DNA from: Camelus ferus
Lineage: Eukaryota
Assembly: GCF_009834535.1 (NCBI RefSeq)
Contig: NC_045696.1
Span: forward strand, 52,950,001 to 53,014,000
Length of the DNA stretch: 64,000 nt
Direction of reading: 5' to 3'
Position 1 is the first letter of the stretch, and the number at the start of each line of letters is the position of its first letter. Both the position numbers and the translations under genes were made by a program. Positions 50,335 through 62,789 of this stretch are shown in pieces. The notes beneath the pieces were generated by a model. The model had not been told where the DNA came from. It saw only the letters and a list, made by a program, of their open reading frames with translations, and searched no databases.

Positions 50335-51467
50335 TTCCCCTTAACAATAACTCATTTATCACAATGTTTTCTTTCTCTATCATTTCCCTTTACTTTGGCT
50401 TTAAATATTTGGAAGCAATAGCTTCTTTCCACATATGATGAGTAGGGTGACCCTGGAATGAAAAATACCAAAGTTCATTAAGATTGAAGGAAGCAAGTTC
50501 ATACAGAATCTCTATTTATATTTGACCAAGGGGGTCAAAGCCAGCAAGAAAAGGGCAAAGCAGACAATTATCCACTGTACCACATACGGTCTACTGGCCC
50601 TTATGCTCCCCAAATGGGAGTTGCTTAGACTTCTGTTGCTTAAACCTTTAACTTAAAGATTAGAACAACTTGGAGTGAGGGCCATCAAAGGAAGGAAGAA
50701 AATGATGGAGAATATTTTCCTAGTGCCAGACAGTGGAGAACACAAGAGATCAGGAAGGAGAAATGAGGCAGAAAGCCATGCTGAAAGAAGCTTTGGATGC
50801 CATCTGACAGGCCTTTTGAATGTGCAGGTCTGGCTTCCTGCCCAGCTGCACCATGCACCCTTCATCCCTCTGTGCATTGCTAGAGAAATAGAAAAGCACA
50901 TCCTTGGAAAAAACATCCCAGTGCAGCCAGAGACTAAGGGAAAGTCATAATTAAGGTTACGGGAGAGACACTAGCCAAGGGGTAGTGGAGGTTACAGCTG
51001 TTGTGGGCAAACTGTTCATACAGAAAGGAAGTTTGCACAGGTTGAGCCAGATGGGGCTTCTGTTTCTCAGCTGTAGACAAACGTCCTCTCTGCTAACCTT
51101 TTGCCCTAAACTCACACTGGCAGCTCGCCTCTGAATCATGTTGCATATTTCTTTTTTTACCTCACATTTGAGTGTTTTATAATTCTTGCTATTTGCAAAA
51201 CCATGAGGGTTTAAATAGGACATCTAACAGATCCATTATAAGCAATGTCTGAAGGAACAAGATGTATTATTTCACTGTGTTCAAGCCTGGGTAAAACAGA
51301 GAGAAAATTGTCTACAGCTAAAGCACTGGGGAAAAGGAAAGATGAAAATGTGTCATGCTTAGCTGGGTTGTTTTTCTTGGTTCTTCCTATAAGCATGGTC
51401 ACTTGGGAATTGGTGCCTTTGCACACAAACCAGACCTTTTTCCATCAGAAATTTTCATGGAACAACA

Positions 51468-51700
51468 ATACTAGCAACTATCTTTATTAAGAGCTTAAGA
51501 GGTCAGGCTCCGTGGGAAGTACCTCATGAACATTATCTCTTTCATTTCCGCAACAATAATGAGAAAGTCATATTATGACCCATTTTTTTAGGTCATCACA
51601 TGGCTAAAAGAAGTCATTTTGCCACAATCACACAGTTAGCAACTCATATCTAAAACACAAACGCAGGTTAGCCTACTTTCTAATTTTATCCTCTTACTAA
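51468..51700 (-). mobile_element. MIR SINE
   Basis: 'tagcaactatctttattaagagctta...cattatctctttcatttccgcaacaa...tattatgacccattttt...tcacacagttag'. Confidence 0.75.
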
Positions 51701-51946
51701 CAAACATAGCAACGTTTTGTGTTTTTCTATAAAGCCCTTTGTCTTCATAGGTAAATTCAGAGAATTGCACAGTATTTCAAATCTCTTCTCTTCAGATTGC
51801 TTGATAATAAAGGAAAGGTCTCATTACATTTAATTTGAATGTGGCAACACTTGGAGATTCCCATACTCTGCCTTTCAAAAGTCATTTAGTTTTGTTCCAC
51901 TCAAATTTCATTATTCTTTAATTTTTTTTTCCTCTGCAAAGCAGAC

Positions 51947-52416
51947 TGTAGTGGGTTGAATAGTGGCTGCCAAAAAAATATGTTAGAAGTCCTAACTCCC
52001 AGAACCAGTGAGTGTGATCTTACTTGGAAAAACAATCTTTGCAGAGGCATTTAATTTAAGGATCTCAAGATGAGATCATTCTAGATTTAGGGTGGACGCT
52101 AAATCCAGTGACTGGTGCCCTTATAAAGAGAAAAGAAAGGGAGATTTAAAACATCCAGATACAGAGACACAGAAGGAAACGCCACGTGAGGACACACGCA
52201 GAGACTGGAGCTATGCCGCCACGAGCCAAGGGACGTCAGGAGCAACCAGAAACTGGAAGAGGCAAGGAAAGGTCATTCCCTAGAGACTTCAGAGGGAGTG
52301 TGGCCCTGATGACACCTTGATTTTGGACTTCTGAATTGCGAAAGAATAAATTTCTGTTGTTTTAAGTCATGATACTTGTGGTAATTCACCGTGGCTGCCC
52401 TAGGAAACGCATATAC
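51947..52416 (+). mobile_element. MLT1C-like MaLR solo LTR
   Basis: 'tgtagtgggttgaatagtgg...aaggatctcaagatgagatcattctagatttagggtgg...ccagaaactggaagaggcaaggaa...gacaccttgattttggacttctg...gaataaatttctgttgttttaag'. Confidence 0.9.
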
Positions 52417-53280
52417 CAATATATTTTGATGATGAAGATATCAGGATAGTTTGGTGAACGTTACAAAGGGAATTGTGTGGTTTGTGACTACAACTGAGTC
52501 TCAGGAATGCAGCTTTGTACTTTGGTTTCTTACTGCTGTAAACTGAGACATCACAAGGTATGGGAATATTTATTTTGAAAAACCTAAAAGTTTCAATAAT
52601 ATTAAATTCATATAAATAGTATAAAAATATGTGTATATATGTATATATCTAAATGTATATCTGTATAAGCAAATGTATATAATATGAATAATGTAAATAT
52701 ATACAGCCTTTGTATCACTTGTTATATGTTTGGTTGGTTTCTTATGAAGGGCCAACCAGAAGAAAAATTCACATAGAGACTCTATTAATATCTGGTAGAT
52801 TTTAATCTGTTCCCGATCAAAGCCACGAATGCTCCTTGGCAATGGTCTCAGGTCCAGTTCTTAATTCCTAAGTTATTGCCCATTGAGCTCTGGGCTTGGG
52901 TTGGGAATGGATTCTGAAGATTCATGGACTCATTCATGGGATAATTGGCCAGGAGCTACTATGAACATTAGCAATTACAAATGCTGAATACCTTGGACAT
53001 GGCTGGCATGGAGTAGAAATTCCAGCATTAACAATAGTGGTTGAAATTAGTGAGGTTGTTACTAGTGACGGCAACAGTAGTAGCAATAATAGTAACAGTA
53101 ATGGTATGTGTGGTGAGAAAAGATCTAAATTGTCACTTTCATTTGTCCAAATCTTGTGAAACGCTCTCATTTAAGATAGAAGCACCCAAGAAAAAGAACC
53201 AGCACCTTGTCTTGGTGTTTCAGTACATACCGAGAATCTGTCCCAACACAGAAAGGTGCTGCCTGAGGCAGCTGAGATTT

Positions 53281-53301
53281 AAAAAAAAAAAAAAAAAAAA
53301 A
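53281..53301. repeat. Poly(A)21 tract
   Basis: Read directly. Confidence 0.97.
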
Positions 53302-54069
53302 GGATTTTCTGGCTCTGCTAAAACAACTCTAAGCCTATACCCATAAGAAGACACTATTTAGGATCAGGTCAGAAGCAAGAAGATGTGCTTACAGGCTGGC
53401 CATTAGTAGCAGCCCTTTATCCCACCCCCAGTCATCAATCACCCACCCTTACACAGCAAGACAGAATAAGATTGTGGGTCACGGCTGCTGGTAGACACGT
53501 TCTTGGCAGAACCACACGGTGGACAAGAAGCAGGTCTGAGTGAAGATTCACATATATACTTAAGGGTGTAGCAACAGGGCACAGTGGGCTCAGCGGAGCC
53601 CCTGAGGCACTCTGGCACCCTGCTCTGGACACCTCAGAGTGCTTAAACGTTCCTGGGGAATGAGCTCTAGCAACAGGCAGCGACAGAACTGCCAAAGGCA
53701 GATCGTTACAGCTGCTCACACTATAAAGCTGATTCTCCTTTCAGCCTGCCCTGCGTGTGCTACAGGAATGACCAAAAGGGACATGCTTCCTACTGCTTCT
53801 TTGGCTTTCTGGAGAAGGTATACTGAGGTTTCTTCTACCCATGGGACATTCGGACTCAGGGAGGAGAGCAAGCACTGCTATTGCCTTCCCATTTGGTCTC
53901 TGGATTACGGCTGCACATCCTGAGTCTCAGAGAGGATTTAACTCCAGGATGTATCCAGTCTTAAAGAAACGTGAGAACAGAGGCATTGCAAGTCTGTGAC
54001 CCAGGATCTCAGAGAAAGACAGATGAGCCTGGAGTCCATATGCTCAGCATCACGAGATCAGACACTATA

Positions 54070-54479
54070 TGCTTCCAACTGAACTGTGTTCCCTGAAAAT
54101 TCATATGCTGAAGCCCTGCCCCCTGATGTGACCACGCTTGGAGATGGGGCCTTTGGGAGATAATTAGATTTAGATAAATTCATGAGGGCAGGGCCCTCGT
54201 GGTGGGATTGGTGGGATTAGTGCTCTCACAGTAAGAAGTACCAGAGAGTTTGCCTGTTTCCTCTCTCTCGGTTGTGCACACACCAAAAGAGGTCTGGTGA
54301 GCACACAGTGAGACGCCAATGGTCTACAAGCCAGGAGGAGAGTTCTCACTAGAACCTGACCATGCTGCACCCTGCTCATGGACTTCCTGCCTCCAGAACT
54401 GTGAGAAAATAAATATCTATTGTTTAAGGTCCCCAGTCTATGGTATTTTATTATGACAGCCCAAGCTGCATGATATACA
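54070..54479 (+). mobile_element. MLT1A-like MaLR solo LTR
   Basis: 'aaattcatatgctgaagccct...ttggagatggggcctttgggagataattagatttagat...ggacttcctgcctccagaactgtgagaaaataaat...ccagtctatggtatttt'. Confidence 0.9.
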
Positions 54480-55849
54480 ATAGTGACAGTTAAAAAAAAT
54501 AAGTGGGCTGACTTAATTATTTTAAATAAGTGGGCTTGTAGAGGTCATAACAGATGCAGCCAGCAGAGTACCACAAGTATTTACTTCTGTGAAAATAAAA
54601 GATGTCCTCCTCTTCTCTCTTCACAAACAAAAGGAATCCACCTGTCTTCTCCCAAATGGCTCCTAAAGTAAGCTGTCTAAATTCCAGAGCTACTCAAAGA
54701 ACTGCCTACTTCTGTGTCCATACCAAAGGACACTAAGCTGTGGGCAGCCAAGTCCTCAATACCACACATTTTATTTCAAATGACTTTTGTTCTAAGGGGA
54801 AAGTGTGAAATTTATAATTTGTTGCAATTGAAAGCAAATTTCTCATGGCTTTATTTATTTATTTATTTTGGGGGTAATGAGGATTTTTAAAAATACAAAA
54901 TGTATCTTGTATTATCCCATGAAGACTAACTTTCTGTAACTATTTTCCTTTCAAATCCATCATTCCCTGATCCAGACCTGTCTTGCCACAGGCAAAACAG
55001 CATAAAGCTTCAGTGACCAGACCAAAAAAATTTTTTAAAAAAGACTGATGTCATTCAAAGACTGACATTTCAGTTTTTATTACCAGAATACCTTGAAGAA
55101 TTAGATCTGATTTGCATTGATATTTGCCAACTGAATTATTAAAGTTTTTTTTTCTTTTCTTTTCTCTTTCCCTCATCAGATTTTAACACTTTAGTCAACA
55201 GCAGACAAAGTCACAGTTTAACAATCATGTGACTTCACTGAGCCTTCTGGGCTTTTGAATTCTTGATCAACTTGAGAAAAATACCTCATTTGATACATAA
55301 AATGAAGATGATGGCACATTAAGAAAATGGCAAGTTTTTTTTTGGTAAATAAGTCTGCTTCTCACAAATGTTTAAGTGACATGGGGTAACTGCATTGGCA
55401 TGTCTTTTGTGAGCAGTGTGACCCCATTTGAGTTATCTATTGAGGTTTTTCCGTTTTATTAGAATTAATTACAGCCTCAATGTGCTGGGAGATTTGAAAA
55501 TGAACATGTACGCCTAGAGAAGGATGAGGATTGCAGAAATGTATGCACATTTAAACTGATATGTTAGCCTCAAATATTATTAGACTGTAGATGGAAAAAG
55601 ACAAAGTAGGAATTTCTGTGCATTTGTTACTTCTGAACCTCTTCATCTAAAGTGACAGAAATGCTAACCATAGAGATGTGATAGTGCATTTATACACTGC
55701 ATAGCTTAAAACACACCATACACACATTAACCAGGTCATCTCAGTGTTTCCTACTGATTTCATGATTACAGAGAATCTCAAATGTTCCTATACTTGTGCT
55801 TACTAAAAATAGCACACAATTCTACCTCAAAAAGATGTCTTTTCTTTAG

Positions 55850-56045
55850 TGCAAGAGTTCTATGAGTTCATGGTGCATCAGAATCATCTGGCAGACTTGT
55901 TAAACTATACACAGCCTTGGACACCACTCCTAGAGTTTCTGGTTCATGTGGGTCTGGCCTGGGTTCTGATAATTTGCATTTCTAACAAGTGCTTAGGTGA
56001 TGTTACTGTTGCTGGTTTGGGGACCACACTCTGAGAAGCACTGCT
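55850..56045. mobile_element. MER5A MITE
   Basis: 'gtgcatcagaatcatctgg...cttgttaaa...ggtctggcctggg...aatttgcatttctaacaagt...ggggaccacactctgagaagcactgctct'. Confidence 0.9.
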
Positions 56046-56169
56046 CTGGTTTTACTGCTTATTTTGGTCAAATGGAGTGCTTCACAGTTCTGCAGTCAGT
56101 TTTTCCACTACGTAACCAAAACTGACTGTCATGTAAGTCTATATTTTGCTTTGCATAATCTAAGATAAT

Positions 56170-56405
56170 GGTAACATCAAAAAGCCCTTGGAAACGCTTT
56201 ATCACTAGTAAGTCACTTTTATGTACGCCATCTCCCTTGAGACAACACAGGAATCCCGCCAGGTAAGCAGGCATTAGATTATTCTTATTTCACAGATGGA
56301 AAGTAAAGAGCTTAAAGGCCTTACCCAAAACCCCTGAAAAGTAAATGGTGGACAATAAGACTTGAACTCAGAGTTTCTGACTGGAAATTCTTCACTCTTT
56401 CTACC
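56170..56405 (-). mobile_element. MIR SINE
   Basis: 'ttatttcacagatggaaagtaaagagcttaaaggccttacccaa...gacttgaactcagagtttctgact'. Confidence 0.75.
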
Positions 56406-56434
56406 AAGTCATTCTTCTTAATCCCTTAAATTTC

Positions 56435-56550
56435 GAGACTGCTTTATACTTTTCAAACTACTTTCATATTCATTATCTCATTTGATCCCTCAAAGCAACA
56501 GCACAAGGCAGGCAGGGCACATATTATCATCTACATTTTGTAGATAAAGC
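56435..56550 (-). mobile_element. MIR fragment
   Basis: 'ctttcatattcattatctcatttgatccctcaaagcaac...ggcaggcagggcacatattatcatctacattttgtagataa'. Confidence 0.75.
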
Positions 56551-56896
56551 CATTACAAAAGATGATGAGAAAAGTGGCTACTGTCATTCAGACAGTATTC
56601 ATACACTCAACTAAAATTTTCCTGCAATATTTAGCAGCTGATGTAGTAGATAAAGCAACGAATGGTTCCCGTTTCCAAGTGATAAATATTCAATGGCCCA
56701 GTATTGTAACCCCATCCCTATCCTTACACCTTTTATTTTTTCAGTTTTCTTGGAAAGAATATATTTGGAAGGAAGGCAGGTAGAGATGAAATTTAGGATT
56801 GCTACTTTAGTAGGAAAGAGGAGAAAATTCTTCAATTTCTACACTTTAAATACTAAGGAAAACAGCTTTCTCTGCATACAAAGACTCTCATCTCTA

Positions 56897-57065
56897 ACCC
56901 AGGGCTTTTCAAAGCTTAATGTGCATACAAATCACTTGGGGATCTTGATAAAATGCAGATTCTAATTCAGTGGGTCTGGAGTGGGGCCCAATATTCTGCA
57001 TTTCTATAAAGCTCCAAGGTGATGCCAATTCTGTTGATCATGGTTCAACCTTGATAGGCAAGGAG
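56897..57065. mobile_element. MER5A-like MITE
   Basis: 'aatgtgcatacaaatcacttggggatcttgataaaatgcagattctaattcagtgggtctggagtggggccc...ttctgcatttct'. Confidence 0.85.
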
Positions 57066-57279
57066 CAATCCTAGTTCTCAAAACTGTAATTATTTTTACT
57101 ATTCTCTAAACTATCTCTGAATCTCTAGAGTGAAAGAGAGAAATTAAAATATAAAACCCTATAATAATATTTGGTGAATACTATATACATTCTAGGACTT
57201 CCCCAGGTGTTCCTTTGGGCTAGGCTATTTATAATATCCCAGGAGCTTCCAACCTATATTGATCTTGAGATCCAGAGAT

Positions 57280-57420
57280 TCAGGCTGAAACTGTGGTCCA
57301 TGGTCCAGCAGAGCCAACAATATCCGGGTGCTTTTTAGAAAGGCAGAGAATTTCAGGCCCCGTCCCAGACCCACTGAATCAGAATTTGCATTTTAACAAG
57401 ATTCTCCAATCTGATCACTT
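57280..57420. mobile_element. MER5A-like MITE
   Basis: 'gcagagaatttcaggccccgtcccagacccactgaatcagaatttgcattttaacaagat'. Confidence 0.85.
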
Positions 57421-57499
57421 CTTTAGATCTTTTTGCTCTTCTGTGCTTACAAAGTCATCATTATGTCATGTGGCTCGTCATCTGACTCACTGAGAGGAT

Positions 57500-57630
57500 T
57501 CACTCCCACAGAATCCCAGAATTTACCAAAAGAGATGATTTAAGTGTGGGGTGAGGCAGGGAATCTGTATTTTTTAAAACTTTTGCCTCTAGTTAATTCT
57601 GATGATTGGCCAGATATGGAAATCCATTTG
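57500..57630. mobile_element. MER5-family fragment
   Basis: 'gtggggtgaggcagggaatctgtatttttt...ttaattctgatgattggccagatatggaaatcca'. Confidence 0.65.
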
Positions 57631-58084
57631 ATTATCTACTAGTGGAGGTGAAAATTATGCTACAGGTAGCTATAGCCAGAAGGGATGGTTTATAGGCATC
57701 ACAGGAGATATTATAAAACGTACAGCTCTGTAGTGGAGGTTCTTTTTTAAGGCTGACTCAACCTGTGAACTATTCTCTATGACCAGAAGCAGGGTGGGCC
57801 TGACCTCCTGCCACACAACCCCCAACCCCTACTAGAACACTAATTCATTGGTGTGACAGTGTTGAGAGATTTCTTACCACATACTTTTTTTTAAAAAAGT
57901 ACTTTTCCCAGTTACAGAAAGCTGCAGCAGACATTTTACAGTGTATCTCACAGAAAGACAATGTCCTATATATTTGAGATACATATGATACAGTAAAGCA
58001 AAACTACAGTTTTTGAAGATTCTCTTCTTAAAGTCTAAACTTTAAGCAGGTCCTAACAGAGTCTGACATTTATCTAGAGTAAGT

Positions 58085-58190
58085 AATTCATTTATTAATT
58101 CAGTAAAGTTTTACTGAGCACTTGCTCTGTGCTTGGCATGGTAATGGGACTAAGAGCATGTAGGTGCCTGCTTTCATGAGGACAACGGTA
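58085..58190 (-). mobile_element. L2 3' end fragment
   Basis: 'ttcatttattaattcagtaaagttttactgagcacttgctctgtgcttggcatgg'. Confidence 0.75.
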
Positions 58191-58599
58191 AAAAGATAAA
58201 CAATCAGGGCAATTACTAAACATGATAACTGCTGAGGACAAGAACAATTTCTGATAATAAATTAGTGATAAAGAGAGATAAAGGGGCTGATATAAGAATG
58301 TGAGAATTTCAGAGCATTTTCTCTTAGCCCAGTAGATACTGATGAGAGTCCAACAGAAGCAAATCAGCATAACACGGCAACACAAGAAGAAACAGATCTG
58401 AACAGGACCTGAAATTTCCAAAACCTTCTCAGTAAGAGAACAACAAAACTATTAGTTGGATAGCCTTAGTTACATGTATCTATTGTATCATTTGCAGTTT
58501 GCCTTCTAATCATTCATGCTTTAATGACTTATCAATGAGTATTTAGTTTACATTTCATGATGAGTTATTTCCCACCAATACTATTTTTATAAAGCCCTT

Positions 58600-59285
58600 A
58601 ACTGAATAACTCAACTGATTGAGCACTTATAATATGCCAAGCAAAATGCTGAGAATACACACAGAAGTAGGACACAGTTTTTGCATTTTTATGGATCTTA
58701 TAATCTAGAGATTGCATATAATTAAAATGCAATTTTATTACTTCTATTATATGGCTTCCTGTAGGGAGTGTCATCTTGAAAGTCTTGCAAAAAGAAGTTA
58801 TACTGGCAAAATGATGATACAAGTCAGATGAGAAATCATGTTTCAAGAAGAAAATCAGGATGTGTAAAGGCCCCAAAGCAAGTGGACAAGGCATATTCTT
58901 GAAATATAAATAGTATAATTTACCTACTACATTAAGTTGAGTGATTACAGGAAAATAAGTTGAATGAAGGGCTTTGCTATGCTTATTTTGAACATTATCC
59001 CAAAGGCAATGGGAAATTGGGAAATTAAGCAGGAAAATTAACTCCACCACTTCTAAATTTAGAAATAGTATTTTTGTAGTAGGGGTAAATATCTAGCAGC
59101 AAGAGGCCCAACTGAAAAATTGGAGACATTGTTGGTTTATCTACATTGTGACAATAACAACATGGAGAGGGGAATGGTGGCTATTAAGAAGGTAGACTCA
59201 AAACCATGTGTCAAATGAATCATTGCTGGGGGACAAGAAGAGAAGGAAGCCAGGATCACTCTCAAGTTTCTGATCTAGACAATTT
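58600..59285 (-). mobile_element. L2 LINE 3' portion
   Basis: 'attgagcacttataatatgccaagca...atgtgtaaaggcccc...aaggcaatgggaaattg...aggaagccaggatcactctcaagtttctg'. Confidence 0.75.
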
Positions 59286-60249
59286 TTATCTCCCTGAGCA
59301 TCTATTTGAACTTGTTCCCTGTCCCCTTTGCTTCTGACCACCCTAGGAAAGCATCTTTATTCATGGGACCTCGGCTTTTCCCTCTTAGGAAAGGCCTAAG
59401 TCAGACCTACTGTGACATCTCATGAGGAAATTTAGGACAAACCTTACCTGACATCCACAGTCAAGTTACCAAAGTTAATTGTGGGAAGTCCACAGGAGTC
59501 ACACAACCTATCCCTGACTTCTTCACGTCTAAGTGAGCCATAGCAAATACGTTGTGAGTCCCATTGTCTCTTCTATAATGGTTTGTTTGGCTCCCAAGTA
59601 AATTAACCTGTACTCACCTTAATTAATTTCATTGTGTTTATATCTGCCTATTTCAACAATTTCACTATCACTTTGATCTTTTTAATATGCTTATTCAAGA
59701 AACTATACTTTACTGTCTTCTTCTTCTTTTTTTTTTAAATTTGTATGGTCCTTCTGTTACTGTTCAGTGGCTCACCCCTGAATATTGCAGGTCATTTTTT
59801 GGTGTCATGGTACCACCATCATCTGAAACGTCAATTTCATAAAAAATAATAATCATTGAAATTTACAACCTATGGGTTCTCCACAGCTACAGTTTAGTAA
59901 AGTATTACCTGTTCCACAGCCAGACTCTGGGAAGACTATCCCCTGGGAGAAGAAGCATAGTCACATAAATAAACCACACTAGAAAAAAATCTCTCCCTAA
60001 CAAGATGTTGTTGTCATGCCCTTTTGAAATATGAACACCTCAAGTGGGTATGTTGAGATGTGATGCAATATAAGATTTAAAATACTAAGGTTGGTCTTGG
60101 TGAGAGCATTTAAAAAATCTCCCTGGTTGCTGTGTTGGAATGAATAAAGATGGCATGGAGGTTGTTTACAATCAGATTATCAGTCTCCTTCAAACTATCA
60201 CTATAGAAAGCTGATATATGGATAAATAATAATTAAAATAGACGTTAAA

Positions 60250-60370
60250 ATATCAGTAATAGCTAACAGTATGCTAAGAACTTTGCCTACATGTTCTCTT
60301 TTAATTCTCATGATAAGCCTTGGCAAATAATTTATTTTTAGACTTACTTTAAAATTAGAAAACACAGACT
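60250..60370 (-). mobile_element. MIR fragment
   Basis: 'tgctaagaactttgcctacatgttctcttttaattctcatgataagcct'. Confidence 0.6.
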
Positions 60371-61204
60371 ATTTGGAATAATGGCAAAAATATTTGAAGT
60401 CATGAGATGCTGAGAGATGTAGGCTCTATTTCTGTTCTACTAGGCCATGTGCAAAGTTTGTGATTAAGCTATTGCCCCTGCCCCCCAACACTCGAGCTTC
60501 CAAAGTGCCCTGCAGCACTTCAGTCCAAGCTAGTCCCCCAAGGACACATCTAGAATGGCTTATATCTCTTCAGGAAGAGTATCTGGGGTTCTGATGACAG
60601 ATCTGGGAAGGGGTAAGAGTCAGGTGCTGGTGGTGCAAAGGCATTTGCACAACACTCATCAGAATGGCCAGCACATCTGGTGGTGGAAATCCTCCCATGG
60701 CTTAAAGGTTGTCAGTGTCAGTTATTGTGAGTCCCTTAAGGATTTTTAAGGTTTAGATGCCAGTAATCACGTGGTTAAATTTTGTAGTTTTCATTTTCTA
60801 AATTACCCATTTGTTTTAATGATTAAGTTAGTAAAGAAGACTGCATTTACTTGATTAAGCTATTATGAAATTATATGAATGGGAAAAGAATATGCTTTGC
60901 CCTAAATTTAAGAAATTCACACACAAAAATAACTGTCTATATACTTGCGACACTGGGAAAGTGTATATGTGAGTATATAGTACACTGTATATTTAAAACC
61001 AATATCCAAGTAAGATTCTGAAAGGAAAGTATGGTGAGACTTATCCTTATTTTTCAGCCCTTTGAAAAGAGAAACCAGGAACGTTAAAAAGTAAAAAGAA
61101 ATAGTGTGCCCAAAAAAGAGATTTAAACATTTAAAAGAGAAGCAGCATAACTTAACACCAACATCATGGCTTCACAGAAAGATGCTGGCCTGGATTCTTA
61201 AATG

Positions 61205-61540
61205 CAGTATTATCTACACTCTTTCTCTGCTGAGGACACTCTTCCCTCCCCTGTTTTCTTGGTCAGGTCCTATTCATCCTTGAGGTCTTAGAATAAGCTT
61301 CCTCAGGGGAGATTTGCTGGCCTTGCAGATTTTGCTATATAGCCCTGTTTTATGGTCTTATTGAATGCTATAATTTTTCTTTACACTGTATAAATCTAAT
61401 TAAGTGGTTATTCATGCATTTATTAGTTTAATGCTCTGCTTTCTTGTGGCACTGAAAGTTCCCTTTGTGCAGCGACCATATCTGTTTTGCTCCTCATTCT
61501 GTCCTTTTCCAGAGTGAGTGTTCTAGAAATACTTCTTGTC
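61205..61540 (+). mobile_element. L2 LINE 3' fragment
   Basis: 'tcctattcatccttgaggtcttag...cttcctcagggg...actgaaagttccc...gaccatatctgttttgctc'. Confidence 0.7.
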
Positions 61541-62307
61541 AAAAGGGCAAATTATAATCAAGATCAAGATTAATCTAAATATAATTCTGTATTGGTGGGA
61601 GATATGTTTTCAAACTAATATACAAGTAAGACAATGAAAAGAAAACATAGCAAGATTTTTCTTTATTTTTCTGCTCATGAGGGATAATGAGAATATTAAA
61701 AAATAAAAACTGAAAGAAATAAATAAAAGCAATAAATAGAATAAGTTGTTATTCTTGTATAATTGATCACTATATAGTCAAGACCCTTTATCTGCAAAAT
61801 GCAGAGGTATGATTCTTTCACATCCTTATACTGCCAACATTGACTTACAGAACCTTCTGGAAGGTCCCAAAGAAGTTCCTAAAACCTCAACTGTAAATCA
61901 TGTATTCTCTGTGTAAAATGTGAAGTCATGCTAATTCTAACATGCTAACTGAAAAGAGCAGGTGATAGTTACTTGCAACAGGTGCTTCTGGAATTCACTG
62001 TAACGAAATAACTTTAGTTTAACATTATATATTTCTCTCCCATGAGGGAAGAGTCTAGACTGGATATGTTAATACCTGGGTGAGTTATAAAGTTAGAAGT
62101 AAGACAGACAGTGCTATAGCATTAATGGAGTCTAAGAGTACTATCAGGCAAGGATTCAAACTTGGAAATGAATTGAAAGAGAATGTCTGACCAAGGGGTT
62201 AAAACCCAACCTCCAATGAGAAAGGGGATTTCAGACTCTTCAGAGTCCTCTTAGTTCTTCTTAGACCAATGTTTTTCCACTGACCCAATCAAAATAGAAA
62301 ATATGTC

Positions 62308-62789
62308 TTTCTTTAATTGAAGTACAGTTGATGTACAGTATTATATAAGTTACAGGTGTACAGTGCAGTGAGCCACAATTTTTAAAGATTATACTCCATT
62401 TACAGTTATTATAAAATATTGGCTATATTCCCTATGTTGTCCAATATATCCTGTAGCTTATTTTTTTAATGGAAGTCCTGAGGATTGAACCCAAGACCTC
62501 ATGCCTGCTCAGCACGCATGCTACCACTGAGCTCTACTCATCCACCACCCGTAGCTTATTTTATACGTAACAGTTTATACCTGTTACTCCCCTACCCCTG
62601 TCGTGCCCCTGACTCCTTCTCTCTCCACACTGGTAATCACTAGTCAGTTTCTATATCTGTGAGTCTGTTTCTTTTTTGGTATAGTCAGTAGTTCGTTGTA
62701 TTTTTTAGATTCCACATATAAGTGATACCATACAATATTTGTCTTTCTCTGCCTGACTTATTTCACTTAGCATAATACCCTCCAAGTCC
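62308..62789 (-). mobile_element. 5'-truncated L1 3' end (cetartiodactyl/L1MA-type), interrupted by a SINE
   Basis: 'ttaattgaagtacagttgatgtacagtattatataagttacaggtgtacag...ttttagattccacatataagtgataccatacaatatttgtctttctctgcctgacttatttcacttagcataataccctccaagtcc'. Confidence 0.92.
62465..62550 (-). mobile_element. tRNA-derived short SINE (camelid Vic-1-like)
   Basis: The minus strand reads 'gggtggtggatgagtagagctcagtggtagcatgcgtgctgagcaggcatgaggtcttgggttcaatcctcaggacttccattaaaa', with an A-box-like AGCTCAGTGG and B box GGTTCAATCC. Perfect 12 bp TSD GTAGCTTATTTT at 62453-62464 and 62551-62562. Confidence 0.88.

Noticed and set aside
52600..52705. AT-rich TATA-like array
   Set aside because: Degenerate (TA)n low-complexity sequence with no repeat-spacer structure.
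58598..59050. 150 aa ORF
   Set aside because: Lies within a decayed L2 3' region; no protein-like features.
62465..62550. Possible tRNA gene
   Set aside because: Acceptor stem is degenerate, and it has a TSD and sits inside an L1, so it is a SINE.
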